The translations under genes were made by a program, and so were the position numbers. The notes beneath the pieces are model-generated. The model saw only the letters and a program-made list of their open reading frames with translations. It was not told the origin of the DNA and made no database searches. From Thermoproteus tenax Kra 1 (GTDB lineage: Archaea > Thermoproteota > Thermoprotei > Thermoproteales > Thermoproteaceae): 32,000 bases of DNA. The DNA lies in assembly GCF_000253055.1 (NCBI RefSeq), contig NC_016070.1, forward strand, positions 1 to 32,000. The letters run 5' to 3'. Positions 8,566-16,790 of the stretch are shown in pieces. How positions within the stretch are numbered: position 1 is the first letter of the stretch; every line of letters starts with the position of its first letter.

Positions 8566-8820
8566 TCAGTTGGCTGAGAGCAGCGCCAGGACTGTGTAGC
8601 CCCAGAACGCGAAGATGCCCACAAGAGGCGTAGCGTTATCTATCCTTCTCACCAGATAGGGCACAAGCGCAAACGCCGCTAAGTTGAACAGAGCCAGAGA
8701 GAGGAACAGCGCGAAGGGGCTGAGGATCGCCCAACGGAAGAACGCCGGCGCCAACACAACTGCGACATCCAAAATCACAGCGATGGTCTGGAGGAGTTTG
8801 ACGCCTGGAATATGCATCAT
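8566..8820 (-). CDS. small integral membrane protein (about 3 TM helices), unknown function
   Basis: Lies in ORF 8566-8862. The ATGATG at 8815-8820 is preceded by the TATA-like AAATTTTTAA at 8841-8850. The product is strongly hydrophobic (MMHIPGVKLLQTIAVILDVAVVLAPAFF...). Confidence 0.5.
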   Translation of the reverse strand: MMHIPGVKLLQTIAVILDVAVVLAPAFFRWAILSPFALFLSLALFNLAAFALVPYLVRRIDNATPLVGIFAFWGYTVLALLSAN

Positions 8821-8959
8821 TAAGATACTTAATGTATCATTTAAAAATTTAACTATCAGCAATATCTTTGTATTATATTGACGTAATTAACGTCCTTGCC
8901 TTCTACCTGCGCCATAGCCCGAGCCGATAATATTTTTACGGCAGTGGGGACAGTCGCCT

Positions 8960-10069
8960 ATGAACAGAGAGGTCTGGAAGATAGCCCTCTCGGCCTTCTT
9001 CGCCGATCTGGGCTACCAGGGAGCCATCGCGCTTTTGCCCCTCCTGCTCGTAGTAGCCCTCAAGCTTCCCATATATATCTACGGAGTGATAGAGGCGTTA
9101 AACTACGGCGGAGGGGCCCTCATGGGTCTCGTCGGAGGGTACATTGCCGATAGGGCGGGTAGAAAGAGGACGGCCATAGCCGGCAACGCCTTGATATCGC
9201 TCATGTCTTTCACGGCCCTTGCCAACTCGCCGATCCTCTCGCCACTCTTGTTCTTGTCCGGTTGGTGGGCGCGCAACTTCAGAACTCCGGCCAGGAGGGC
9301 AATGCTGGCGGAGGTCACCAACGAGGCCGAAAGGAAGAGAGCCTTCGGCATACTGCACGCGTTAGACATCGGCGGAGGGGTCGGCTCTGTGGCGATAATG
9401 GTCGGCCTTCTGTCGGCAGGCGTTGGGTTCACGACGGCATATTTGATCACTTTGCCCTTCTTTGTTACATCTACTCTGCTCCTCGTGCTAGTTAGAGCAG
9501 GCGAGAGGAGATTTCCCGCAAATAGGCCGAGGCTTCCGAGCATGAAGGTCTCGGCGCTTGCGTTGGCCTCCGCCCTCTTCGGGTTCACCTATTACAGCTT
9601 TGGATTCCCAATACTCTCGATCTTCTTACATACGTCGTCTGACGTCATATCTATAGCGGCATATGGCCTCTATCTGCTAGTGTCGGCTATAACCGGCTTG
9701 ATTGTCGGATCCATTAAGTCGACGGGGTTCAAGACGTTGGCGTTTGCAGGATATCTGCTTGCTTCAGTGGGCAGCTTGTTGTTCGGAATAGGCGGGCGGC
9801 TGCCGGTCTATCTTGTAGCATCGGCGCTGTTGGGGCTCTCGATAGGAGTCGTTGAAACTTTGGAGCCCCACATAGTGGCATCCCTATCGCGGGAGGAGGA
9901 CATGGGCCTCTCTATGGGCATGCTGACCGCCGGAAGAAGCGTCGGCCTCCTCATATCCAATATCGTAATGGGCCTACTCTTCACATTGGGCGAGATATAT
10001 GCATATCTCTACGCGTTCGCGGCCGCCTTAGTGGCCGCAGTGGTGGTATTGGCGATAGTGGCAAAGTAG
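8960..10069 (+). CDS. MFS transporter
   Basis: 369 aa ORF with multiple TM helices and MFS motif A (GGYIADRAGRKRTAIAGN). A TATA-like GATAATATTTTTAC sits about 25 nt upstream. Confidence 0.75.
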   Translation: MNREVWKIALSAFFADLGYQGAIALLPLLLVVALKLPIYIYGVIEALNYGGGALMGLVGGYIADRAGRKRTAIAGNALISLMSFTALANSPILSPLLFLSGWWARNFRTPARRAMLAEVTNEAERKRAFGILHALDIGGGVGSVAIMVGLLSAGVGFTTAYLITLPFFVTSTLLLVLVRAGERRFPANRPRLPSMKVSALALASALFGFTYYSFGFPILSIFLHTSSDVISIAAYGLYLLVSAITGLIVGSIKSTGFKTLAFAGYLLASVGSLLFGIGGRLPVYLVASALLGLSIGVVETLEPHIVASLSREEDMGLSMGMLTAGRSVGLLISNIVMGLLFTLGEIYAYLYAFAAALVAAVVVLAIVAK

Positions 10070-10390
10070 TTAGACCAGCTGGAGCTCTATTTTAACGGTA
10101 TCGGGAACTTTTATGGTCATGAGCCTGCGTATCACTTTGTCGTTTGCCTCAACGTCGATAAGCCTCTTGTGTATCCTCAGCTCCCAGTGCTCAAAGGTGT
10201 GGTAGCCCTCGCCGGATGGGGCCCTCCTCGTGGTCACCATGAGCCTCTTAGTGGGCAGAGGGATGGGGCCGCTCACTTTAACTCCCATCTTCTTCGCTAT
10301 ATCCACGATCTCCTTTGCCACGTTCTCCAGGTCTGTATAGTTAGTGCCGTAGAGCCTTATCCTCACCATCCTTTTAGCCACCATGCCCAT
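10070..10390 (-). CDS. rps10: 30S ribosomal protein S10 (uS10)
   Basis: RIRLYGTNYTDLENVAKEIVDIAKKMGVKVSGPIPLPTKRLMVTTRRAPSGEGYHTFEHWELRIHKRLIDV is unmistakably uS10. Confidence 0.9.
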   Translation of the reverse strand: MGMVAKRMVRIRLYGTNYTDLENVAKEIVDIAKKMGVKVSGPIPLPTKRLMVTTRRAPSGEGYHTFEHWELRIHKRLIDVEANDKVIRRLMTIKVPDTVKIELQLV

Positions 10391-10410
10391 CGCCGCAAGA
10401 TGGTGGTGTG

Positions 10411-10424
10411 TTTATAAATATTTA
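10411..10424 (-). promoter_or_regulatory. TATA-box-like element for a leaderless rps10 transcript
   Basis: The minus-strand TAAATATTTATAAA lies 21-34 nt upstream of the rps10 ATG (10388-10390). Confidence 0.55.
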
Positions 10425-10905
10425 CGGCGGCGGATATCTCAATTACGCCACACACTCCATTTTATGACGTAAGTCTCCTCTGGAGAGCTCGGGGCGCGTC
10501 CGGAGCTAAGGCCTAGGCACGGGGCTATCCGTGCCCGTGCCTTTTGGGGGCGCGATGGACTGCGCAGTCGGCCGATCTCAAAGCCAGTTAGCCTACCTAA
10601 CTACCATAACCCCTCCTTACCTTGAAAGGCGAGGCTTTAGGTCGCAAGAGGGTGGGCGCACCTCACTTGTAGGCGAGATCCTTGACGGGCTGGGGGTGCT
10701 GAACATCGGCCTTGACGGCGGGAGACGCTCGCGTACGCTCACTCCGCCCGCACTAACTCGGTGGAGCGCCGCTTGTTCTCTAGAGTGAGGTCTCCTCATA
10801 TAGCGAATATGGCTCGGGCCATCTACAGGTCTCTATGCGGTCGTTCTCTCTTAAGAAAACTTAGATTTGAGCTATACGGGCGTGTAGAGAGAGCCCCGAA
10901 AGGAT

Positions 10906-12240
10906 TTACTTTATCTCAACCTTTGCAGGCTTTATCTCGACTATCTGACCCGCTGCAATAGTGCGGCCCATGTCGCGGAGGGCGAAGCGGCCTAGGGCGG
11001 GGAATTCGCTGAATTTCTCCACAACTACCGGCTTGAGAGGCTTCAGCTTGACCATGGCCACGTCGCCTTGTTTGATGAACTGAGGCTTTTGCTCAATGGT
11101 CTGGCCAGTGCGCGGGTCCAGCTTGGAGATGAGCTCGGTGATCTGGACGGGCACAGTCGCCGTGTGGACGTGCATGACTGGGGCATATCCAGGTCCTATA
11201 GCGGTCGGGTGCCACAGAATTATGACGCGGGCAACTATCTCCTCAGCTACGGTCGGCGGGTTGTCGACCTTCCCTAACACATCGCCGCGTTTCACATCGT
11301 CCTTCTCGATGCCGCGCAGATTGACGCCTATATTGTCGCCGGGCTTGGCCTCGTCTAACTTCATGTGGTGAGTCTCGAGAGAGCGCACATCGCCGACCTT
11401 AGCAGGCGGCATAACGATCACCTTGTCGCCCGGCTTTATTACCCCGGTCTCGACTCTGCCCACCACTACTGTGCCGGCGCCCGTAATCGAGAACACATCT
11501 TGAATGGGCAGCCTCAGAGGCTTCTCGACAGGCCTCTGCGGAGGCTCTAGACTGTCGAAAGCCTCCAGAAGCGTCGGGCCGTTATACCACGGCATGTTTG
11601 AAGACTTGCTCTTTATATTGTCGCCCTTGACAGCGCTCACGGGTATTATCGGCACCTTGTTGGGGTCGTAGCCCAACAACTTCAACATCTTCACTAGCTC
11701 GGCCTTGATCTGTTCATATCTCTTCTGGTCGTAATTGACGACGTCCATCTTGTTCACAGCGATGATGAGCTGATTTACTCCCATTGTCTTCGCCAGGAAC
11801 AAGTGCTCGCGCCCCTGACCCTGGGGCCCTATCGCTGTTTCAAACTCGCCAGGTCTGGCGGATATTACCAACATGGCTGCGTCGGCCTGGCTGGTTCCGA
11901 CGATCATATTCTTGATGAAGTCGCGGTGGCCCGGCAGATCGATTATGGTCAAGAAGTACTTATTGGTCTCAAAGCCCACGTGTGTGGCCTCGATCGTCAC
12001 TCCCCTCTCGCGCTCCTCCTTGAATCGGTCGAGGATCCATGCGAAGGCGAAGTCCTCCTTGCCCATCTTCTTGGCCATCTCTTCAATCTCCTTGAAGCCC
12101 TTCTCGTCTACATAGCCTGTCTCGTAGAGCAAGCGTCCTGTGAGCGTCGACTTGCCGTTATCCACGTGTCCTATCACTGCCAAGTTCAAGTGTGGCTTCT
12201 GTAGCGCTGAAGGCTTCGGGTTTAGTATTATGGACGGCAT
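10906..12240 (-). CDS. tuf: translation elongation factor EF-1 alpha
   Basis: 444 aa ORF. It carries the G1 motif [17 protein letters not shown] and NKMD, and shows strong overall similarity to crenarchaeal EF-1alpha. Confidence 0.95.
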   Translation of the reverse strand: MPSIILNPKPSALQKPHLNLAVIGHVDNGKSTLTGRLLYETGYVDEKGFKEIEEMAKKMGKEDFAFAWILDRFKEERERGVTIEATHVGFETNKYFLTIIDLPGHRDFIKNMIVGTSQADAAMLVISARPGEFETAIGPQGQGREHLFLAKTMGVNQLIIAVNKMDVVNYDQKRYEQIKAELVKMLKLLGYDPNKVPIIPVSAVKGDNIKSKSSNMPWYNGPTLLEAFDSLEPPQRPVEKPLRLPIQDVFSITGAGTVVVGRVETGVIKPGDKVIVMPPAKVGDVRSLETHHMKLDEAKPGDNIGVNLRGIEKDDVKRGDVLGKVDNPPTVAEEIVARVIILWHPTAIGPGYAPVMHVHTATVPVQITELISKLDPRTGQTIEQKPQFIKQGDVAMVKLKPLKPVVVEKFSEFPALGRFALRDMGRTIAAGQIVEIKPAKVEIK

Positions 12241-12336
12241 GGCGTCATTAAAGAATCAATATTAAAATTTTTAGTACGGCGATCTTTGGCCCAGCGCGCT
12301 TCCATAAAGATAAAAACACGCCACTTTATCAACACA

Positions 12337-12714
12337 ATGAAGGAGGTCGTATACACCAGGGCGGCACCTGAGCCGATAGGTCCCTACAGTCAAGCAGTCA
12401 AGGTGGGCAACATGCTTTTCATCTCGGGCCAGATACCGATAGACCCCAAGACGGGCGGCGTGGTCTCGGGGGGCATAAAGGAGCAGACCCGGCAAGTGTT
12501 GGAGAACATCAGAGCTATACTGGAGGCGGCCGGCTACTCGCTCTCCGATGTGGTAATGGCGTTTGTGTTCCTCTCGGACATGTCCCTCTTCGGACAATTT
12601 AACGAGGTCTACTCCGAGTACTTTAAAGAGAGACCTCCCGCCAGAGTAACCGTTCAGGCCGCGAGATTGCCCAGAGACGTATTGATAGAGATAGCAGTTA
12701 TCGCAGCCAGATGA
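12337..12714 (+). CDS. RidA/YjgF/L-PSP family enamine-imine deaminase
   Basis: [31 protein letters not shown]...[22 protein letters not shown] is the canonical RidA pattern. ATG at 12337 (MKEVVYT) is preferred to the TTG at 12286. Confidence 0.85.
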   Translation: MKEVVYTRAAPEPIGPYSQAVKVGNMLFISGQIPIDPKTGGVVSGGIKEQTRQVLENIRAILEAAGYSLSDVVMAFVFLSDMSLFGQFNEVYSEYFKERPPARVTVQAARLPRDVLIEIAVIAAR

Positions 12715-12717
12715 GGA

Positions 12718-13062
12718 GTGCCTGCAATGCAGAGCGGTGAAGAGGAACCGGGCTCCGACTTTTCGAAGCTCGTGATAGGGCCTCCAAAAGATTCAGTGGA
12801 GCTAGCCAGAAGGATAGGCGGAGTTGCCGTGTCCAACTTCGAGGGGATTCCGCCCGATGTATACCAAGACGTATACGTCGTCCATGCTCCAAGCTTGGAG
12901 CTCTTAGAGCCGTTGCTCAAGGGGGCGCGTTATATATTCTATCTGGGCGGGCCGCTGCCGCCGCCGAGGAGCACGGCGGGGAGGCTCATCGTAGTTACGT
13001 GCAGCAAGAACGAGATATGCGGCGAGGCGGACTGTCTGTGCGGCGGAGCGCTGAGGATTTAG
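12718..13062 (+). CDS. hypothetical protein with C-terminal Cys cluster
   Basis: 114 aa ORF (GTG 12718 or ATG 12727) that starts 4 nt after the RidA stop. The C-terminal sequence is CSKNEICGEADCLCGG. No family recognised. Confidence 0.35.
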   Translation: MPAMQSGEEEPGSDFSKLVIGPPKDSVELARRIGGVAVSNFEGIPPDVYQDVYVVHAPSLELLEPLLKGARYIFYLGGPLPPPRSTAGRLIVVTCSKNEICGEADCLCGGALRI

Positions 13063-13658
13063 TCTTCACGACTGCGGCCGTAAGAGCTGGGATCGAGGCA
13101 TGTGTGGACCTAATAGATGCAGTGCGCGAGAGGTCGGGGCCCATATATCTGCCCATACCCGTTGAGGTGTGCGAGGGGGAGTTTGTAGACCTGGGGGTGC
13201 TCGGATGGCTTCTAGAGCCCTTGTTAGCTCTCTACCACAGCGGGGGCGAGTGGCTCTGCTACGGCTCCCTGCACGATATAAGGAGGCGCGCTTTCGCCTC
13301 TGCAGAGCTCGCAGCTCTTGCTGTGAAGGCCAAGGTCTTCGGAAAAATAGACTTGAGGGAGTGGGACGCCTTGTTTGTCGCGCCTCTGCCCGAGCCTCCG
13401 AGGCCCTCTCTAGCCATAGGCTATATAGGCAGAGGGACAGTCATATGTGGAGCCCCCACGCCGACTCCCATAGAGCTAGCGGCGAACTTGTGGCCGCGTT
13501 TGGGGGATGAGGATAAAACCGCGCTGGCAAAATATATAACGAAATACATCGACTTGATAGTCTCCAGTGTTAATTTAGACGAAGCGTATCTAAGGCTCAC
13601 GTCGGACCAGAGCTATAGAGAGTTTGCGAACAAGCTCGTTCACCATATGGGAAATTGA
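12999..13658 (+). CDS. hypothetical protein
   Basis: 219 aa ORF that overlaps the previous ORF by 46-64 nt in another frame. The start is uncertain (GTG 12999, ATG 13017 or GTG 13104). No family recognised. Confidence 0.4.
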   Translation: MQQERDMRRGGLSVRRSAEDLVFTTAAVRAGIEACVDLIDAVRERSGPIYLPIPVEVCEGEFVDLGVLGWLLEPLLALYHSGGEWLCYGSLHDIRRRAFASAELAALAVKAKVFGKIDLREWDALFVAPLPEPPRPSLAIGYIGRGTVICGAPTPTPIELAANLWPRLGDEDKTALAKYITKYIDLIVSSVNLDEAYLRLTSDQSYREFANKLVHHMGN

Positions 13659-13724
13659 AAGTACGGCGTAATTCCTCCGTCGTTTCTATGGAATTCGACT
13701 TAAACCCCTGTGTAGACCAAGCCT

Positions 13725-15401
13725 ATGAAGACCAGAATAATACCAATAATAATAATAGGAATACTAGCTCTGGCCGGCCTGGCGGCGGCAGCCCCGACGT
13801 GTCCGCCCGACTTAGCGATAAAGTGGTACGCGCTTATGAGCTATGTGGCGTACGCGTCGGGCCAGAACGCGGCACAGCTGATAGCCCAGGCCCAGGCGGC
13901 TGGCAACGTCACTGTAGTAATATCGGGCACCCCAATAACTATACCCTACTGTTCTACGAACGCCACGGCCGCCAACGGGACTAAGATATTCTTCGTGCCG
14001 GCTGTGGGCGTCGGTGAATTGAAAAAAGCTGGTTTGAATATAACTCAAGCTAAAGAGGTCTTTATAAAGCTCAAGGAGGCAAGGATGCAGGCGTTGGCCA
14101 ATTTGACCAGATATCTGAAGCCCGTGGAGGGACTGGGGCTGAGGGAGGCCGCCGAGGCCGTCCTTAAGGACAAGGGATACGCCGTTGCCGCCGAGGCCAA
14201 CGCAAACGCTTCGGCCTTGCTGAAGGAGCTCGGCCAGATAATGGCCAAGGCCGGCGTAGGCCAAGAAATGGTCCAAGAGGTATTAGCCTCTGCGAGACAG
14301 CATGAGGCGTTGGCGGAGGCGTTGATATCGCTGAAAGCGGCCGGCGGACTCCGCGGGATCAACGCAAGCGCGGCAGCCAATGTCAGCGCAGTAATTGAGT
14401 CGGACTCTGGCTATAACATGACCGCCCAGAACCTCATGGCCGTCGCCTCTAGGCTTAAGGCTCTAGCCGATATTCTACTGACTACAAGCCCCGTAGCATA
14501 TGAGCGTCTGGCCGGGGCGGCCGAAAACCTCAACGAGACTGCCAACATGATTCTGGCTATCAAATCTAGGGGTGGTCTGCGCGGCATAGAAGCCGGCGTT
14601 AACGAGAGCGCAGCCGCCGCGCTCAGCGGCACTCTGGGCATCGACAACGCCATAGCGCGTGTGAACTCCACGTTGTCCACGCTAGAGTCTGTGCTCAGAC
14701 TGCTACGCTCTGTTAACGCGAGCTCGAGGGCCATCATAGCTGTGGAGACCGCGATATCGCGCCACGAGAGGGCGCTGGAGGTGCTCGAGGCTCTGAAGCA
14801 GGCGGGCGGGCTACAGGGCCTGGAGCAGGGAATATACAGCGCCATCGAAGAGGGCTCCATGCCGCAGATCGTTGGATACCTCTGTATCGACCTCAACATA
14901 ACCGAGGCGTTACAGGAGTATGGCGTGAAGGGCAACGCCACGTTGCCCTACGCTATCGCTTGCAACTTGGCGATCCTGTTTAACCCCGGCAAATATGCGG
15001 AAAAGACGGGCAGACCTGTGTATATACCCATGGCAGTATTGGGAACGTTGAGGGAAAGCCTTAAGGCGTATCTTGACGCTCACGGCGGCTTCTCCATGTT
15101 GCAGAATATTGAGGGCTTGGAGATGTTGTGGAAGATATTATTAGAGCTGGAGGCTAAAAATGGGGTTGTCTTGCCCGGCATCGTCGGCGTGAACATTACT
15201 ACCTCCGGCGCCTCTGTAGGAGGCAACGTGACCGTAGGAATTGGCGGCTCCGCCGGGGGCAACGTAACTATAAGTGGCGGCGGCTCCATGGGAGGCTCCG
15301 GCAACATAGGCGGCTCTGGCTCAGGTATTGGAGGCTCAGGCTCTATGGGCGGCAACGCAAGCGGCTCCATGTCCGGCGGCATGGGCGGCGGGATGCCATG
15401 A
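13725..15401 (+). CDS. secreted helical-repeat protein with Gly/Met-rich C-terminal tail
   Basis: 558 aa ORF. It has an N-terminal signal-like segment (MKTRIIPIIIIGILALAGLAAAAP) and many N-x-S/T sequons. There are three copies, each about 80 aa, of a module centred on K..GGL(R/Q)G(I/L) (about 14290-14860). The tail at 15187-15398 reads GGSAGGNVTISGGGSMGGSGNIGGSGSGIGGSGSMGGNASGSMSGGMGGGMP. Confidence 0.6.
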   Translation: MKTRIIPIIIIGILALAGLAAAAPTCPPDLAIKWYALMSYVAYASGQNAAQLIAQAQAAGNVTVVISGTPITIPYCSTNATAANGTKIFFVPAVGVGELKKAGLNITQAKEVFIKLKEARMQALANLTRYLKPVEGLGLREAAEAVLKDKGYAVAAEANANASALLKELGQIMAKAGVGQEMVQEVLASARQHEALAEALISLKAAGGLRGINASAAANVSAVIESDSGYNMTAQNLMAVASRLKALADILLTTSPVAYERLAGAAENLNETANMILAIKSRGGLRGIEAGVNESAAAALSGTLGIDNAIARVNSTLSTLESVLRLLRSVNASSRAIIAVETAISRHERALEVLEALKQAGGLQGLEQGIYSAIEEGSMPQIVGYLCIDLNITEALQEYGVKGNATLPYAIACNLAILFNPGKYAEKTGRPVYIPMAVLGTLRESLKAYLDAHGGFSMLQNIEGLEMLWKILLELEAKNGVVLPGIVGVNITTSGASVGGNVTVGIGGSAGGNVTISGGGSMGGSGNIGGSGSGIGGSGSMGGNASGSMSGGMGGGMP

Positions 15402-15988
15402 TAATTCTCAATCTAACAATCCCGCCGCTTTTGATAATTTTACTACACTCCGGCGTCTACGTCGCAAACTTGAGCATGCCGGCGCCTAACGCGTCCTCTA
15501 TAGCCGCGTTCGCCATAAACGGAACGCCAATGCCGGCGCTAGTCGCCGGGGGGCGTCTCTACGTCTTGCAGGACGGCTCAGGCGGCTACGTTGAGTACGT
15601 CCCTCAGTACTCCAACAACAGCGGGCTCTACGTAGTGCAGATAGCCGCGGACGAGCCCATTGTCGTGGTTATACCGCCCGGCATAATGATAGAGAGGGCG
15701 CCCGGAAACTACTCGCTGATCGCGGTGAATAAGTCGGGCACATACATAGCAGTGCCGCCAGGAGCCGGGGCTATATCTTACTACGCAATGGCGATATCAA
15801 CGAGTCCATATATGCCGTCCGCCGCGACGGCCACCTCCACGACCTCTCCGATAGTTCAGTCTATTCCGTCTACGACGACTTCTCCGAGCGCCCCAACTGC
15901 CCAACTGCCCCTCGAGGCCGCTCTGATAGTGGGGGCGTTGGTAGTGGTGGGAATAATAGCGGCCTTGGCAGTCCGGAGGAAGAGATAG
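15398..15988 (+). CDS. surface protein with Ser/Thr/Pro-rich stalk and C-terminal membrane anchor
   Basis: 196 aa ORF whose ATG overlaps the upstream stop as ATGA. It has an N-terminal hydrophobic segment, a beta-rich middle, an STP-rich linker (SAATATSTTSPIVQSIPSTTTSPSAPT), then the TM helix ALIVGALVVVGIIAALAV followed by RRKR. Confidence 0.6.
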   Translation: MIILNLTIPPLLIILLHSGVYVANLSMPAPNASSIAAFAINGTPMPALVAGGRLYVLQDGSGGYVEYVPQYSNNSGLYVVQIAADEPIVVVIPPGIMIERAPGNYSLIAVNKSGTYIAVPPGAGAISYYAMAISTSPYMPSAATATSTTSPIVQSIPSTTTSPSAPTAQLPLEAALIVGALVVVGIIAALAVRRKR

Positions 15989-16037
15989 CCGTCGATCACT
16001 TCCACTTTTTCTCCTATCGAGTTTCGACAAGAAAATG

Positions 16038-16045
16038 CTTAAAAA
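16038..16045 (+). promoter_or_regulatory. TATA-like box for the tRNA gene
   Basis: CTTAAAAA lies 21-28 nt upstream of tRNA position 1 (16066). Confidence 0.45.
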
Positions 16046-16065
16046 CAGAAGCTTAATAGAAGCCG

Positions 16066-16173
16066 GGGCCCGTAGCTTAGCTAGGTAGAGCGCCCTGGGA
16101 CGTTGTCCCGACCCGGCCGTCCCGCGTAGGGCTCATAACCGGGAGGCCCCGGGTTCAAATCCCGGCGGGCCCA
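16066..16173 (+). tRNA. tRNA-Met(CAU) (or a CAU-type tRNA-Ile2) with a 34-nt intron at a non-canonical position
   Basis: Hand-folded. The acceptor GGGCCCG (16066-72) pairs with CGGGCCC (16166-72), followed by discriminator A. The D arm is GCUU/GAGC with A14, G18 and G19. The T arm is CCGGG-UUCAAAU-CCCGG (16149-65). The anticodon stem CCC (16093-95) + GG (16130-31) pairs with CCGGG (16139-43), and the loop is CUCAUAA. The intervening 16096-16129 must be removed, which puts the intron between positions 29 and 30. CCA is not encoded. G1:C72 argues for an elongator rather than an initiator tRNA. Confidence 0.85.
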
Positions 16174-16176
16174 CTG

Positions 16177-16181
16177 TTTTT
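16177..16181 (+). terminator. oligo-T tract after the tRNA
   Basis: A T5 run begins 4 nt after the discriminator base. Oligo-T tracts act as archaeal termination signals. Confidence 0.45.
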
Positions 16182-16354
16182 CACAATGGATCTCTTCGTT
16201 CTATATCAGTGGCGACAGCCCTGTAACTTCACGTAGGCGCTAACCAAGGCTGCAGCCTCTGAGGCCGTCTGTCTTCGTCCCTTCTCTGAACGGCGTCCCG
16301 CCTTCAGGTCAAGGCCCTCACATAAAACTTTTTACTCCATGTCGCAAGATCCGC

Positions 16355-16777
16355 GTGCTGGGCGCAATAAAATTTAAAGTAGAAAGGCGCATTGACGATC
16401 CAGACGCCGTGTGGAGCCGTCTCTCAGACCTAGAGCAGATGCCCCGCTATTGGGGCGGACATAGAGTGGTCAGAATAGTGGGGCGTAGGTCTGGAATTCT
16501 GCAGCTTGAGATACAGTTCGCTTTCCCCGGCCCCCTCAACAGAGGGAGGGCGGAGGCCGCAGTGGACGAGGCCAACAGAGAGGTCTTAATAAATTATATC
16601 GATGGCCCCTTCACTGGAGTCGTGAAGAACTACGTTAGAGGGGACGTCGTGGCGAGCGAGTGGGACATCCTCTTGAAGCCTCTATTTCTTCCCATGAAGC
16701 CGTGGGTAGTCTCTCACTTCAGGAAGGGCGCCGAGAGCGCCTTAGAGCGTCTGGCTAAGGGCAATGCGCTTCCCTAG
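16355..16777 (+). CDS. SRPBCC (START/Bet v1/polyketide-cyclase-like) superfamily protein
   Basis: 140 aa ORF, GTG start, about 25 nt downstream of ATAAAACTTTTTAC. AIKFKVERRIDDPDAVWSRLSDLEQMPRYW is typical of the N-terminus of this fold. Confidence 0.55.
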   Translation: MLGAIKFKVERRIDDPDAVWSRLSDLEQMPRYWGGHRVVRIVGRRSGILQLEIQFAFPGPLNRGRAEAAVDEANREVLINYIDGPFTGVVKNYVRGDVVASEWDILLKPLFLPMKPWVVSHFRKGAESALERLAKGNALP

Positions 16778-16790
16778 GCCATCTCTCATA

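Noticed and set aside
10425-10905. I tried to identify the tuf-rps10 spacer as SRP (7S) RNA, RNase P RNA, 5S rRNA or an intron-containing or split tRNA. I tried the same for the GC-rich spacers at 21335-21639 and 22447-23083.
   Set aside because: I found none of the diagnostic motifs on either strand. There was no helix-8 motif (GNAR tetraloop followed by G-AGCA). There was no GGAAAGUCC with a downstream ACAGAA..GGCUUA pairing partner; the only ACAGAA, at about 21570, lacks that context. There was also no GAAC..GGAAGUUAAGC and no GTTCRANYC T-loop with flanking stems. The identity of these regions therefore stays open rather than assigned.
4452-11768. Other C-box-like heptamers: minus-strand GTGATGA at 4452-4458, plus-strand TTGATGA at 5606-5612, and plus-strand ATGATGA at 11762-11768.
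   Set aside because: All lie in, or antisense to, well-supported coding sequence. None has D', C' and D boxes at the 12-nt guide spacing; a CUGA either follows immediately or is absent at the required offset.
12742-12756. A perfect 15-nt direct repeat, GAGGAACCGGGCTCC, shared between 1979-1993 (the C-box/guide part of the sRNA candidate) and 12742-12756. It extends to 19/21 matches when the C-box-like GTGAAGA is included.
   Set aside because: For a 32-kb window, about 0.5-1 exact 15-mer repeat is expected by chance. The second copy lies in a putative coding region (GEEEPGSD), and no D box follows at the right spacing. It is worth a genome-wide search but is not evidence on its own.
13655-13984. 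ORF 13655-13984 (109 aa), which overlaps the start of the secreted repeat protein.
   Set aside because: It is out of frame with, and largely contained in, the 558-aa ORF, which has a proper signal sequence and a TATA-like box. Its product is Asn/Arg/Gly-rich and not protein-like.
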